This document shows positions 1-12,845 of a DNA stretch of 64,000 nt, one piece after another. The stretch comes from Adineta vaga (lineage: Eukaryota; Animalia; Rotifera). Every line of letters begins with the position of its first letter. Within the stretch, counting starts at the first letter, position 1. Below the pieces are notes generated by a model that worked only from the letters and a program-made list of their open reading frames with translations, did no database searches and was not told where the DNA came from. The stretch is from NCBI GenBank assembly GCA_021613535.1, contig CP075495.1, forward strand, positions 4,030,001 to 4,094,000. Direction: 5' to 3'. The position numbers and the translations under genes are program-made.

Positions 1-1119
1 TCGAATACAAATCCAAAAATTCCAATCGAATTTTTTCATAATACAATTTCAATCTATCATTTAATTATAGCTAATCCTTCATTTACCGGTTTTCTTTCAT
101 CATCATCATCACAAATATTTACTTTTCAAGTTTATAAAATTTCAATTAAAGATATTAGTATTCGTTCATTACAAGGCAAACATTTTCCAATTATTTTCAA
201 TTCTGTTCGAGAATTAGTTTTAGAAAATTATCATGCTAATGGAGGATTCAAATCATTTCATAATCGTGAATTAGCACAATGCTTTCCACAATTACAATCT
301 CTAACAATATTTTCACGTTCAATTCAACATTTAACAAAACGAATGTTTGAATCTTTTACTCAATTGGAATATTTAAGATTGAATGGTATAACAACAATTG
401 AAAACGAAGCATTTTATAATTTATATAATTTAAAAGAATTATATTTGGGAAAACATATTCGTCGATTAGATCCATATGCATTTCTTCATATGAATACAAG
501 ATTTTTATATTTAAATGAAAGTTTAGATTTTCAAATGAATGATGATCAACATTTTTGTGTTTTTGCTCAATTTTCACCGTTAACAAATATGAAAACATTG
601 ATTATATTTCCAAAACATCTCGACAAATGCTCATGTACTCTTCGTTATTTATATCGACATTTAGATAAATCATGGTTGTCAACAACACCATATTGTTATT
701 CAAATTCAAGTTTATATATTTTATCACAAGAAGAACGCTTATGTTATTTTGAACAACGTTTACTTCAATGTCATGTTTTACCTGATGAAGGTATTACAAT
801 CTTTGGTAAACATTATAATGTCTCATATTTTTATCAACAACAAATATCAAAACAACGTCATCATTTTACATTATTCTATCAATATCGAATATATTTGTTC
901 TTAGGAATACCTTTACTACTTGTAGGTATCTGTTTAATTGTATGTATGATTCGTCAATATAGACAACGTAAAACGACAACATATCGACATTTAAATCGTC
1001 TATTAAATCGAACACAACGAACAGGAAATGAACAGATTACAATGGATATTATTTATCATCATACAAATGATCAACCAGATATTCTTCTTCCAACAATACC
1101 AATTACAACTAAAGTGTAA
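1..1119 (+). CDS. Leucine-rich-repeat single-pass membrane protein (5' end outside window)
   Basis: Frame is open from base 1 to TAA at 1119. LRR-type segments (LEYLRLNGITTIENEAFYNLYNLKELYLG), LRRCT-like CSCTL..C motif, TM helix IYLFLGIPLLLVGICLIVCMI followed by basic residues. Confidence 0.75.
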   Translation, partial: SNTNPKIPIEFFHNTISIYHLIIANPSFTGFLSSSSSQIFTFQVYKISIKDISIRSLQGKHFPIIFNSVRELVLENYHANGGFKSFHNRELAQCFPQLQSLTIFSRSIQHLTKRMFESFTQLEYLRLNGITTIENEAFYNLYNLKELYLGKHIRRLDPYAFLHMNTRFLYLNESLDFQMNDDQHFCVFAQFSPLTNMKTLIIFPKHLDKCSCTLRYLYRHLDKSWLSTTPYCYSNSSLYILSQEERLCYFEQRLLQCHVLPDEGITIFGKHYNVSYFYQQQISKQRHHFTLFYQYRIYLFLGIPLLLVGICLIVCMIRQYRQRKTTTYRHLNRLLNRTQRTGNEQITMDIIYHHTNDQPDILLPTIPITTKV

Positions 1120-1284
1120 TTCAAATTCACTCAGAAAAAGGAATTATTTTTTATTGTATATACCTGAATTCAAAGCGAAATAAAACAAAAGAAAACGTAC
1201 AATATAGAATGATTATTTTTTTTGCATTTTTGTTCGTTGGTTTTGTTTTCTTTTTCTTTTGTATGAAATTTAATAAAACTAGTG

Positions 1285-2505
1285 TCATTGATTGAGATTA
1301 CTTAAACGACGTGCTGGACGATTAATCGCTGTCGGACGATTCGTATTATTAGCGGATGGTGTTACACTTTGACGTCCATTTAGATTTGCAGCTGCCGATG
1401 CTCGACTATTTGGCGATCGATATCGTGGATTAAATGGTTGAAATGTTGATGCAGTTACACGAGTTGGACCACCAGCAAAAAATGGCGAAGTAGAAGGAGC
1501 TGGTAATGCACTTTTAAACCAAAAAAATAAAAGATTCCTAGTATTATGAAATATTTACTAAACATATTTACAAAGGATCTCGACAACATGATAAATTTTG
1601 ATCGATACAATGTGATTCACCAGATATACTTCGATCAAGGTGCTTTCCTTCTGGATAATTATGAAAATATTGATTTTGTTGGATAGATTTTTATAGAAAA
1701 TAGTTACCTTTACTATGTTTTAATGCATCCATTAAATATTCGAAATGTTTCATTTTTGCTCGAATTAATGCTAATTCTTCTGATTGTTCACTTATAACTT
1801 GATTTTGATGATCAAGATAATCCATACAATGTTCTAACATCTAGAAATAATTTTGTTTTTTCTTTTGAACTAAAATGAAATTTAAAAGAAAATTTAGTTT
1901 GGTTTACATATTGATATTCTAGAACTTGTTCTTGAATATCCATTTGACCTTGTAAAACTTGTGAACCCATTTGAGTAAGATTCATATTCTAAAATAGAGA
2001 AAATTATTTATGAAACTTATAAATATTTTATTACCGCATGTCGTCGATCTTCATTTTCATTTTCAAGTTGATTTAATCTTCTTTGATATGCTTCATTTTG
2101 AGCGTCTTGAGCTGGATTTCGTATCTGATTATTATTATTTAATCAAAAATGGAATAAATAACTAGTCTCTTTCCTTCCCTAAACTACGTTACATACTAAA
2201 CCCATTGCCGCAGGATTCATAGCTGGTAGTGTATTCGTTGTTGCATATGGATTCGAAATAAGACTATTCGGTGCACCTGCTGGTCGAATCGAAGGAAAAG
2301 GTGTACGTGGTACCTATGAAAGAGGTGAAGATAAATAGTCTGATTCTGAAGAAATAAGTACTGGTAAATTTGAATTATTCACAGTTGGTAGAGTTGTTGG
2401 ACCGCCGCCAAGAGGTATAGCTCCCGCCATCGATGGACCTGTTGATGTATTCATACCTCGAGGCCATACGCCAGTAGTTGCTGAAGGTAGAGGTAATCCA
2501 GACAT
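1285..2505 (-). CDS. Uncharacterised multi-exon protein with Pro/Gly-rich N-terminus, central coiled coil and Arg/Ser/Pro-rich tail
   Basis: Short GT-AG introns join MSGLPLPSATT.../VPRTPFPSIRP.../EAYQRRLNQLENENED.../MLEHCMDYLDHQNQVISEQSEELALIRAKMK.../...RPARRLSNLNQ*. Confidence 0.6.
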
Positions 2506-2667
2506 TGTATTACTTCGGTTGACAAAAACGCCTACAACTAATAGTAATAAATAACAACGTTCGTTTTTTTTTACCTTCAGAAAAAAAGTCCAATCGTTGT
2601 GTGCGTTCATGTGTATCGATAAAAAAAACCAAATATATAGGAATACAAAATGTATACTTATATAATG

Positions 2668-2742
2668 TGACTCATTCTAAAGACGTGACATTAGTATTTC
2701 ACATAAATTATATCACTTTCGATTGGAGTACGTATCACGTGA
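2668..2742. promoter_or_regulatory. Divergent promoter with AP-1-like TGACTCA (2668-2674) and palindromic E-box TCACGTGA (2735-2742)
   Basis: Both motifs lie in the 240-bp gap between two head-to-head start codons. Confidence 0.4.
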
Positions 2743-2745
2743 AAT

Positions 2746-4630
2746 ATGGCGGATGAATTTGATCCTTTAAAACAAACTCCTAGTCCACCACCAACAGAAG
2801 GACTCTATTGTAAGAATGTCATGTTTGTATTGTATGGATATTCAATCTTTCTCTTTGATTGATAGCTACTGTACAAAAGAATGTGCCAAATAAAGACGAT
2901 CTTCTTCGTCCTCAATATGAAATTGTGATGAAAAGAGATCAGGTTGAAACAAATACGTCAACAGAAGAAACTCCTGCATCACCTATCTATCACAAACTTG
3001 ATTTCACTAGTAATGCAAGTAAAGCTCCAATTCGAACAGCAAATTTATTTGAAGATGCCCAAAAATCATCACCATCCACATCTCAAGTTACGCAGCAAAC
3101 TCCAGCAAAACCTTCGCCTCCACTTCCTCCACCAATGGTGAAAGCATCCGAAGAACGAACAGCATCTCATTGGGACAATTCTGAATATTATGAAGGTAAA
3201 TAATTGTAAATAATGTTCTTCAACTTTGATTTCCAAATTAAAATAGAAGAAAGCTATGGACCACCACCAGCTTATTATCCCGAAGAATATTATGAAGATG
3301 AATCGGGATATAAACGACGAGGAATATCTGTACGTGTTTTTCGAATTGTAAATCATTGAATATAGGTTCTATTTAGGCTACTCTTGATCGTATTGTTCAA
3401 CGTTTTCCTGCTTTAGGTATATTCATTAAACCATCTGGAAGTTCAGAAATATATGAAACTGAACAAGGTGGACATGAGTATATCGAAGAAGAGTATGCAG
3501 GTGATCAAGCCCCACAATTAGTTGATGCAAATACATTAGCACGTGAATTAACAGCTGATGAATTAGCTTTAGGTGAACGTTATTCCAATAAATCACGTAC
3601 ACAAATTATTGAACTTCAAAAGAAAGATCAAACACAGCCAGTTGATGTCGCTATTCATCATGATACATATACAATTTATGTATGTGATGTTGGACGAAGT
3701 GTTGTAGAAATCTTTGATATGTATGGTAAACTTCAACATGTTATTGATGATCAAACAACACTAAAATTTCAACCAACTTCTATTGCTGTTGCATTTGATG
3801 GTACAGTTATCGTTGGAAGTCATTTTAATCATCGTTTTCATATGTATTCACCTCTTGATCCATCTGAAGATGAACACAATAATTCGAATGCTAATTCTCA
3901 GCATGTTTATCAGTATCAACAATATAAATTAGGTGGACCGGGAAATAATCTTCATGAATTTCAACATCCTGCTGGTCTTTCAATTGATTATACTGATGGT
4001 TATCTATATATTTGTGATCGAGGAAATTATCGTATACAAGTTTTACGACCGGAAGGTGTTTGTGAACGAACGATTGAATTATTTCTACAAGACGAAGAGT
4101 TAAATCATATAGCTCCTATACAAATAGCTCATCAACAAATTGGTGATCAAGTTGTTTGTATTATTGGTACAGGTGATGCTATATGTTTTATTCCAAAATA
4201 TAGTGATGGGTAAAATAGAATTCTTTCAAAATATCAATTCTCGCTTTTGTTTTCTAGTGAAGTTTATATTGAACCATTGTATATTATGGACAACGATGGT
4301 GTTGGTCTTCAAGGTGCATCTGGTATAGCCATTGATTCTAATGATCGAATCTTTATTTCTGATACTGGTCATAATCGTATTGTTATTTGTACACCAGAAG
4401 GTAGTTATATAACACATTTTGGTAAAGAAGGGAGTGGATCAGGTGAATTAAAACGTCCATGTGGTTTGGATATTACGCCCGATGGTACAATTATTGTTGC
4501 TGATGGTGGAAATAAACGATTACAACTATTTGGTTCTGTACGTGAGCAAGCAGGTAATGAAACGAAACCATCTGAAGAAACGAAATCATCACCAGAAAAA
4601 TCGACTACGCAATATAATCCATTTGCTTAA
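2746..4630 (+). CDS. NHL-repeat (beta-propeller) protein with disordered acidic/Pro-rich N-terminus
   Basis: ATG at 2746 (MADEFDPLK). NHL repeats FQHPAGLSID..GYLYICDRGNYRIQV, ASGIAIDSNDRIFISDTGHNRI, ELKRPCGLDITPDGTIIVADGGNKRLQLF. Multiple short introns. Confidence 0.85.
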
Positions 4631-5698
4631 CAAAAATGAATCATACAATTCCTTTTAAGACACTCACAATTTTTTCTTTAAATATTTTTTCCCACAATCG
4701 AGTGTTATTTTATCGGAATAATACTTTATATTAAGTTTCACTAACATATCATTATTATGAATACTACTATTATTACTAACCGAAAAAGAACAATTATTCT
4801 ATATATTCGCTATTATAACTGATCAATTTAACAGCTAAAAGCATTGTACCAAAGATTCGAACAGATTATTACGTTTATCCGTTTGTTATCTTTTCATTTT
4901 ATTTTGAATAAATAATTTCGTATTAAAAGATTTAAAACTAATATTTTTGTTATTTCCGAACGAAATCGATTGTTTATTATATAATTCATCAAATAGACGT
5001 TCGACTGTTGATTTACAAGATGTGTATTAGAAAAACGAATGAATATTAAATTCCAATTAACAATACATCCCTATCCATGATCATCGTCTAATCTTTTGTC
5101 AGTAATCCAAATTTTACTCGACATGATTCTAATATTTGAATATTAAAAAAAGAATTATTCTTCTCAATACAAATTTCGAAAATAGTATTCGGTTGGAATT
5201 GCTTCTTGAACAAGAAACTATGTATTCTGTAAAGAATTATAAAGTAATGTCTTTGAATGGTGATTGAACATGATCTACGAATGCATCTGGTCAATTCAAT
5301 ATCTCATCTGTACAATTAATTGATGAAATACAAAATGCATCAATTTGAAATATATTATCAAATACGACATACATTATACGACTATCAGGACGAAGAACAA
5401 CATCTAATGCTTCAAAATAATGTGGAATAGTAATCTTTTCATTATACTTTTTATATAAAATATTCGTCTTAATCGTTCTAAAGATTTTGATAGATACAAC
5501 TTTAGACTGATACACTATGATTTTCCATCTTATACTTTATGTGTGTATATATATATATTATTTTAAAACAGCAGAAATATATAGATTAAGCCTTTTGGGT
5601 AGAAAAGAAAACGTATAGTGGCTATAGAAAAAGAAAAGATAAATTACAAATGCACTCGATCATCGAATGTATTTATGTTCTATACAGTTGATGAAGAA

Positions 5699-6600
5699 CT
5701 AATTTCGACGTAATGCTTCTAAACGAGCTTCTAAATCAGCATCAGCAGTGGATACTGCTTGTGCTTGTTGTCCTTGTCCAGGATTAGCTACACGACCACC
5801 TAAAGCACCATTTTGTGCCACTAGAAAGTAAATGAAACAATAGTAGTTCATTTTTAACCTTTTTATTTAAAAATAACTTACCAGGAATTTGATTAGCCAC
5901 AGTAATATTCAGTTCATTAAGTACTTGATCGACAAGTTCTTCACTAGAAATTTCAAATAATCTTTTAAAACATAAACAAAGTTCATTTTCTTTTCTTAAC
6001 TTACGTTGCTTCTTCATCATCATCACCTTCGAAAGCAGCATCCATAGCATCATTCATCATCTCTTGTTTGATATTATTGGCAGTCATATTTTGTTCAAAC
6101 ATTTGCATCGTTTTTTGAAATTCAGCTAATGGCATCTAAATCAACAACAAAAGATATTCTTGAAAAGAATGATTCGACAAAAAAACAAACCATTCGATTT
6201 AATCTTGATAATGTTTTAGTTGTTTTAACCATAACATTTGCCATTGTCATTTGAGCATTCATTGATGATGCTTCAGATTCCAGTGTCGATAGTGTGGCAT
6301 CCATAGCACCTAATTTATTGATTTGATTACGTTGATTAACAATATTTTTTGCATAAGTTCGTAACGCTTTCTATGAAAGAGATTTTTTTTTAACATTAAA
6401 GGAATAGTTGAAGATATTCAAAATACCTGTTCGCCTTTTGCAGCTAATTTTCGAATTTCATTTTCGTTTCGTGTTTTTTCGTTATTTAGCCGGTTTTTCT
6501 CACGTTCAAGTTCACGACGGGCACGTCGTATTGCTCGTTTATTTTCTTGCATCATTTCTTTGGGTGTTTTAGTATGAAATAATTCTTTTAATCTGTCCAT
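5699..6600 (-). CDS. CHMP2: ESCRT-III subunit Vps2/CHMP2 (CHMP2A-like, divergent)
   Basis: KTPKEMMQENKRAIRRARRELERE N-terminus, KQEMMNDAMDAAFEGDDEE, EELVDQVLNEL, C-terminal MIM1-type ADADLEARLEALRRN*. Five exons. Confidence 0.85.
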
Positions 6601-7492
6601 GTTGTTTGAGAACTTCTAATAATTAATTTGGATATAAAAGAAAAGCAAATCTTTTCAATAATATATGTAAGAAAGACGTAGGTGGGAAGAAAAATGAGTC
6701 AATAACGAAAACAATATGAGTGAACAATCATTGAGACGAGAAGCTCTTTCACTCATGAGATGAGTCATATCAAATTCAAGTAATTAACCAATAAAATATT
6801 TGAATATTGAACGACTATGACATGATCGTATTTGAATAGAAATCAAAAGTGTTTCCTAGAAAGCAATCGGAAAAATGTATATATTCAATTATGATCGCTA
6901 GATGGCGCTAAATACTCAGCGCGATTATTGATAGTTATAATATTTGTTAAGAACCGAGAATCTTCTGTAACATGATTATCCTATGCTGTTCTATCATCAA
7001 CTGATGTATGGTATCAAGATGAAGAAGTGACTTATCAATTATTTTATTGATCTAATCTATTTCAATATTTCGCATGATTATAATATGAAAAAAATGGTCA
7101 ATACAACGTATAACGTACACTTTGTCAACTTACTAAGGTGAAATATTACGTCGAGTTCATTAGATAGTAGAACACAGATTATATATACATGAACTATTAT
7201 CAACGAACTGATGTTTATGAAATAACAAGTACCATATTTGGATATTTTTAAATGTAGAATAAGATGTTTAAAAGAGAAGTCAATTTATGGACATATATGA
7301 AATTTTTATCGAATTCTTTATTAAATAAGAGCACCGTCTTGTATGTAAGTACATAAAAACAAAACTCAACCTAATCGTGATTTATTCTTTTTGCTTTTTG
7401 TTTTGTAAAAAACAACTCCAATTGATATGTCTCTACCTATGATAATAAAAAGAAAAATATGAATAGAGCACCGATAATAGACATTTCAGAAA

Positions 7493-10400
7493 TCATTTAT
7501 GTTCAATAGTTGCTGGTCGTAATGGAAGTTGAAAATGATGTACACGTGTTGGTTCTTGTATAAATTTTTGCCATGCGACCTTTTCTGCTTTTGTTGAATC
7601 TGACCAAGTCACTGGCTTATTATCAAAATGTCCTTGTGCAAGATTAAGACGGACAAAACCAAACATAAATTTTCGAAAACGTTCTTGAATCCAAATACTT
7701 ATTTCTATGGATGTATTTTTCAAATTATCACGGCGTATTCCTTCCCATCTTAAAGGTATTTCCCATTTTGGTGTTGGTCCTTTTCGTAGATTCGGTATTT
7801 TACGCTTAACTTTATCAGGCATCAATACACTATATCAAATTGCCGTATTATTTAAATATCAAGAAGCATAAGAGACATCTTACCCTTTACAAACAGCATC
7901 AACTTGATGTTTACCAAAGAAAATTGATTTAGCCTGAACATTATGTACTTGTATAGTTCCAATATCTTTATTCTTTGCATTTTCAATAAATGTCAATTGA
8001 AAGATAATTTCTGCTGGATCCATCGTTGGTTCAATATTTGGTGCTAACTAAAGTTTCAAAGATGTTCTTTCGAAAAAGAATATTTCAATGAAGTAAACTT
8101 ACATCATTTTTCTTTTTTTGTGCCATTAATGGATATTCTTGAACTGTATCTAATGTACAATTAGCTAATGGAATATGTATTTCACCAAGAAAATCATTAT
8201 GTCCTAATGATGCTAGACTCCATACTGATATCCATAAAACTCGCGTTTCAAATTCTTGTTTAGTTACGTGATACTAAATATCAACGAGATATGAAAAAGA
8301 TTCATTTTCTAATAAAGAAAAACAAAAACTTACACGAAATTTTTCATCAAAAACAGGATCGATGGTATTTTTCTTTAAACCAGATTTTCTTTTACTATTC
8401 TTCGATCGATCAGGTAATAGATAAACTTTAACGAATCTAAAATAATAAGTCTATCAATGATTATTTCTTTTCAATTTACAATCGAATTCTTACGGATCAG
8501 ATGTTTGACTCTTTTTTGCTTTTGCTAAATTTTTGCAACTATTTATGTAAACATCGAATGCACCTGTTACTAATGCATATGTTAATTTCAATTCAATTGT
8601 ACCAGTTACATCAAGACCATAATGAGCTTTTGTTTCACTTGCAACACTATTTAAACTTAATTGTGAACCCTAAAGAATCCATAGTCATTATAATATTTGT
8701 AAGAAAAGATATCAAATCGAATCGTTTGTTTAGTATTTCAATACAAAGCATTAGAAAATATCATTCAATCAAGCTTGATTTTCAAACTTACACGCATATC
8801 CATGCAGGAAGAGGCACGCATTTGTAATTTCTATTATTATAAAAATCCTCACCACTTTAGGTTTATTATCAGTTATAGTTAGAAAGTATTCCTGAACAAG
8901 TTAATTTTTTTGTTTTATTCATTCAAAAAACGGAATCAATCCTTGTTTGTTTTGTGTTCACTTACCAATTTAGCTTCTTCAAATGTTTTATCAATATCAT
9001 CATCATCATCACTATCAGCAGCTTCAAGATGTCCAACACTACCAAAGTTTTCTGATCTTATTTGTTTTAAAGTGGAATTTGTTGATACAAGTGTATTCGT
9101 GGATTCTTTATGATGATTATTTGAAAGAGGTTGTAAATCATCTTTTATGGTCGATTCTAAATCAATAAAAAAGTTTCAAAAATATATATACAAATCAAAA
9201 GAAACTTGAAATATTTATTCGATAGAAGTAAGAAATGATTAAAAACATAATGACTATGGGATTCTTTTCATCGTGTTTGATAGCGTTTTTTATCCGATGA
9301 TCGATGTACAGTACGTTTCTTCGGAGGATTCGTTACTATTGTTGTTATTGTTGTTGATATTGGTGACATATCCGATTCATCATCCTTACTGGATGATGTC
9401 AAACGCAATTTCATGAGAATATATTTCGTTTTCGATAATTTTACAGGTGGAGTGTCAGTATGTTTTGTTGTTATACTTGCTGCACTAGGCATTTTCATTA
9501 ATGATGTTTTTGATAAAGATGCTTGTTGTTTATCTTGATCAACAATACCGTCACTCCATCGTCGACCTAAGGGCTCTTTATCATCAGTTTCTTCACGATC
9601 TTTATTCTGTACATCGCTATTTAATTGATGTGATCGTTTGGATGCTTCAATACGTTCAAGTTCTTTGGAGAGAATATTTACATTAACATGATTATCTTCA
9701 TCTTCTTCTTCTTCACCAATACTATGTAAACGATGTTTCTCAAGAATTGATGATGGAGATATTAAAATGTCGGACAATGAAGAAAGATCCATTGAATTAT
9801 TCGAAATTGCTGAATTGAAATCCGTATCAATTGTTTGATCGTGTGAGTCATGTCTTTCTGATAAATCATGATCAACATCGAACGTATGTGAATATCCATG
9901 TGGATCAGTAATAAAGATTGTGGGTAGAAAATTGAAACAGGATGGCGCCGATTTATTCAATTGATGATCTTTAATATGAGACATTTTCTTTCGTATTAAT
10001 AAACTTTCATGATCACTTTCATCACTAAATTGTTCGTCGTCAAGTGAACTAGCTGAGGAATGACTATAAGAATGTGCCATGCTTGAAAAATTCGGATGAT
10101 CATCACTCGTTGCTGTTTGACGTTCGAGAGTATATTTTCGTTTAGGATGATGTAATTCATCGAAAGGAAGAGTTGAATAAGTATGTTGTTGATGATGAGA
10201 CATTTTTTTGGGTGCAATAAAAATAGGTGCTGATTTTACGGGCTTCTTTATTGTTGTTCCTCCAAGTCTATTTTTATTATTTGGCGTAAGTAAATTCACT
10301 TTTGAAGAATCAGTTTTTATATTTGCTCTACGACGACTATAAGAAGCCGGGATTGGTGTCGTTCGTTTTTTCATTGCTATCGATGATTTATCTGATTCGT

Positions 10401-12845
10401 TATAGCTGGATTGTTGTAATTCATCTTTATTACTAGGCTTATCAGTTGAATTTGATACATGACAAGTCGTATTGTTATTTGATGAAGTTTGATCATCAAA
10501 TATTGAAGCAACATATGTATTAGACGTTTGTAAATGTCCTTGTTGAGCTACTTGAGTGATACGCGTATTTTTACATATTTCATTATCATGTTCATTATGA
10601 TTATTTAAAGATTGATTTATAAATAACGGATTTCTCGATGATGGATTTAGAGCTGACATTTCTACGGGTAATTGATTAGGAATGTGTTGTTGTTGTTGTT
10701 GTTGATGTTCCCGTTCATGGAATTCATTCATGATTGAAACGTATATCGTTGTTATTCATTGATAGATAAAAATATACTGACACAGTTGACGTAACGCACT
10801 AGTTTTTTTCCTTTTTCTTATATAAAAATAATATTGTATATTTCACGTGTAATTTTTTACAATACAAAAATGTAATTGTCGTTAACTTAACGATATTCGT
10901 TCAAGTGTGACCGATTAGTCACATAAAAAACATTATATAGAATCTAATGTGTCGATATTTCTTTTTGGTCGACTAGTAGTACGTATTGCATACGTCAGAG
11001 CAAAAAGAAAAAGGTTTTATTTCGTATTTGATGGCGTCCATTATATTTCGGCACAGTAAGCTATTTTTTACCTGTAATAGGCAATGATGAATAGTATGGA
11101 CGCCGTTTATCCATCTGTGTAAGTATTCGCATAAAAAGGCGATTTTATTTATAGGTATTGAAAGAAAAATAAACGAAAAAAAACGTATTCCGACGCCGGG
11201 AATCGAACCCGGGCCTCCTGCGTGAAAGGCAGAAATCCTAACCACTAGACCACGTCGGATATATATGTATGCTGTCTGACTTACCTCGCATTTTCATCGA
11301 TGTGGTATCTGCTGATTCCGGTTTTGTACTGTTTAATGATGTTCGTGACGCTGATATATGTCGTTTTGAATGAACAGCATCTCGTAAACTTTGAATCGAA
11401 CCACCTAAATGCACTCGTGATGCTAGACTTTTTTTCGATCCACCTAATCAATTGATACGTAAATTAAAAGCAATAGAAGATGTTGTCTAAGTTGAACTTA
11501 CGTTTTTTTGTGGCATTCGACTCTCGAATAACTGATTCGCCTCTTTCAGATTCACCACCCCATTCTGATGATGTAACTGATGCACAATCAATACTAACTT
11601 TATTTCGGTCATTATAATAATCTCGTTCAGTTTGCATTGTTGACGATGAATCAAGACGTTTGGTCTCTACTGGATCTCTTTGTGATGATTTGTCATTATC
11701 ATTATTATTATTATTTATTTGACCACTAGATGTTGACATACGAGTTGTTTGATTGGGTGAATGATCAAATACGGAATCAACATCATCTGACGATCCTCCA
11801 GTTAATATATTAGAATTGGTTTTAGTTAAAACACGAGATTCTTGATGTGTTGACCTTCTCGATGCAGGTTTCTTCAGGGAATTTAATTTTTCTTCATCCA
11901 TCAATGATTGAACAATCATACGATTACCATTATTAGATGAGATTGGTTGACTAAATCGAGTTTGTAATAATCTTGGACCTCTATTCTCCGATGAATTGAC
12001 TGTACTTTCAGTTTCTGTGTCTGAACTTGATATTTGATTAAGATCTATTTCAGAAAACGACAAGAGAAAGAATAAAATTATTCGAGTACATTAAACTATC
12101 ATTGTTACCTTGCATGGAAACGGAAGGTGTGAGTGATTTGCGTATAATTTCAGATGCAGTTATAGAATCTTTACGAAGATTACTTCGAAAAGAATAGATC
12201 CATTCACCTGAATAACTCATTAATTGCCTAAAATAGAATTCATTTTAGACTTCATATTATGAATTTCTCTAAAATTATTATTCACATATCCGACGTGGTC
12301 TAGTGGTTAGGATTTCTGCCTTTCACGCAGGAGGCCCGGGTTCGATTCCCGGCGTCGGAATATTCTTTTTATTTTTCATGAACTTACATCTGTTTACAAC
12401 ATAACTGACACAACCATCCATTATCATTAACATTATACATAAGTCGACATTGTTTGCAAACTTTTGCACCACATTTTGGACAGGCATCACCTGTATTAAA
12501 TATAAAACCAAATGCTGTTTGACATCGGGCACATACAGATGTTGATGTTGTTTGCGGTTTTTGTTCAAGATCAGCAACTTCTTTCCTTAATTGCCTATTA
12601 TATACAAAATTGATTTCATTGATAAAACTCATATTATCCTATTTATATACATACATAAAACGTGCTAAGTGTTTATTTCGTAGATTTTCATCTCGTAATA
12701 AAACATTTAATATATGTCGTTTTTCCTCTTCTTTTAAACCAGAAAGATCAGGTAAATTGACAAAATTATCACTAGTCGAACTAAAATCTGTTCTCGTTGA
12801 ACGTGTTGGTGAAGAAGTATTTTTCGAGTTATAATTTCGTGTCAT
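7493..12845 (-). CDS. Synaptotagmin-like Rab27-effector (Slp/SYTL family): Rab-binding SHD with Zn finger plus tandem C2A/C2B
   Basis: DLSGLKEEEKRHILNVLLRDE (SHD1), CARC..CPKC..VCKQC..WLCQLC, SGEWIY (SHD2), C2A FVKVYLLPDRSKNSKRK..KKNTIDPVFDE, C2B DAVCK..LMPDK..KRK. Confidence 0.85.
9268..10731 (-). CDS. 487-aa intronless, low-complexity ORF nested in the largest Slp intron
   Basis: 1464-nt ORF with its own ATG (in-frame TGA just upstream), its own stop and an AATAAA ~50 nt downstream. Rich in S/H/D/N/Q. Confidence 0.6.
   Translation of the reverse strand: MNEFHEREHQQQQQQHIPNQLPVEMSALNPSSRNPLFINQSLNNHNEHDNEICKNTRITQVAQQGHLQTSNTYVASIFDDQTSSNNNTTCHVSNSTDKPSNKDELQQSSYNESDKSSIAMKKRTTPIPASYSRRRANIKTDSSKVNLLTPNNKNRLGGTTIKKPVKSAPIFIAPKKMSHHQQHTYSTLPFDELHHPKRKYTLERQTATSDDHPNFSSMAHSYSHSSASSLDDEQFSDESDHESLLIRKKMSHIKDHQLNKSAPSCFNFLPTIFITDPHGYSHTFDVDHDLSERHDSHDQTIDTDFNSAISNNSMDLSSLSDILISPSSILEKHRLHSIGEEEEDEDNHVNVNILSKELERIEASKRSHQLNSDVQNKDREETDDKEPLGRRWSDGIVDQDKQQASLSKTSLMKMPSAASITTKHTDTPPVKLSKTKYILMKLRLTSSSKDDESDMSPISTTITTIVTNPPKKRTVHRSSDKKRYQTR
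11188..11259 (-). tRNA. tRNA-Glu (TTC), intronic
   Basis: 72-nt cloverleaf TCCGACGTGGTCTAGTGGTTAGGATTTCTGCC-T-TTC-ACGCAGGAGGCCCGGGTTCGATTCCCGGCGTCGGAA, with a T-run terminator downstream. Confidence 0.97.
12289..12360 (+). tRNA. tRNA-Glu (TTC), intronic, antisense to host gene
   Basis: Identical to the copy at 11188-11259, followed by TTTTT. Confidence 0.97.

Noticed and set aside
5088-5530. Short minus-strand ORFs downstream of CHMP2
   Set aside because: Protein-like but interrupted by stops, with no clear start, splice pattern or recognisable motif; may be UTR or a decayed fragment.
10973-12577. ORFs MVRISAFHAGGPGSIPGVG.. and ..PTPGIEPGPPA
   Set aside because: Spurious translations of the tRNA-Glu genes.
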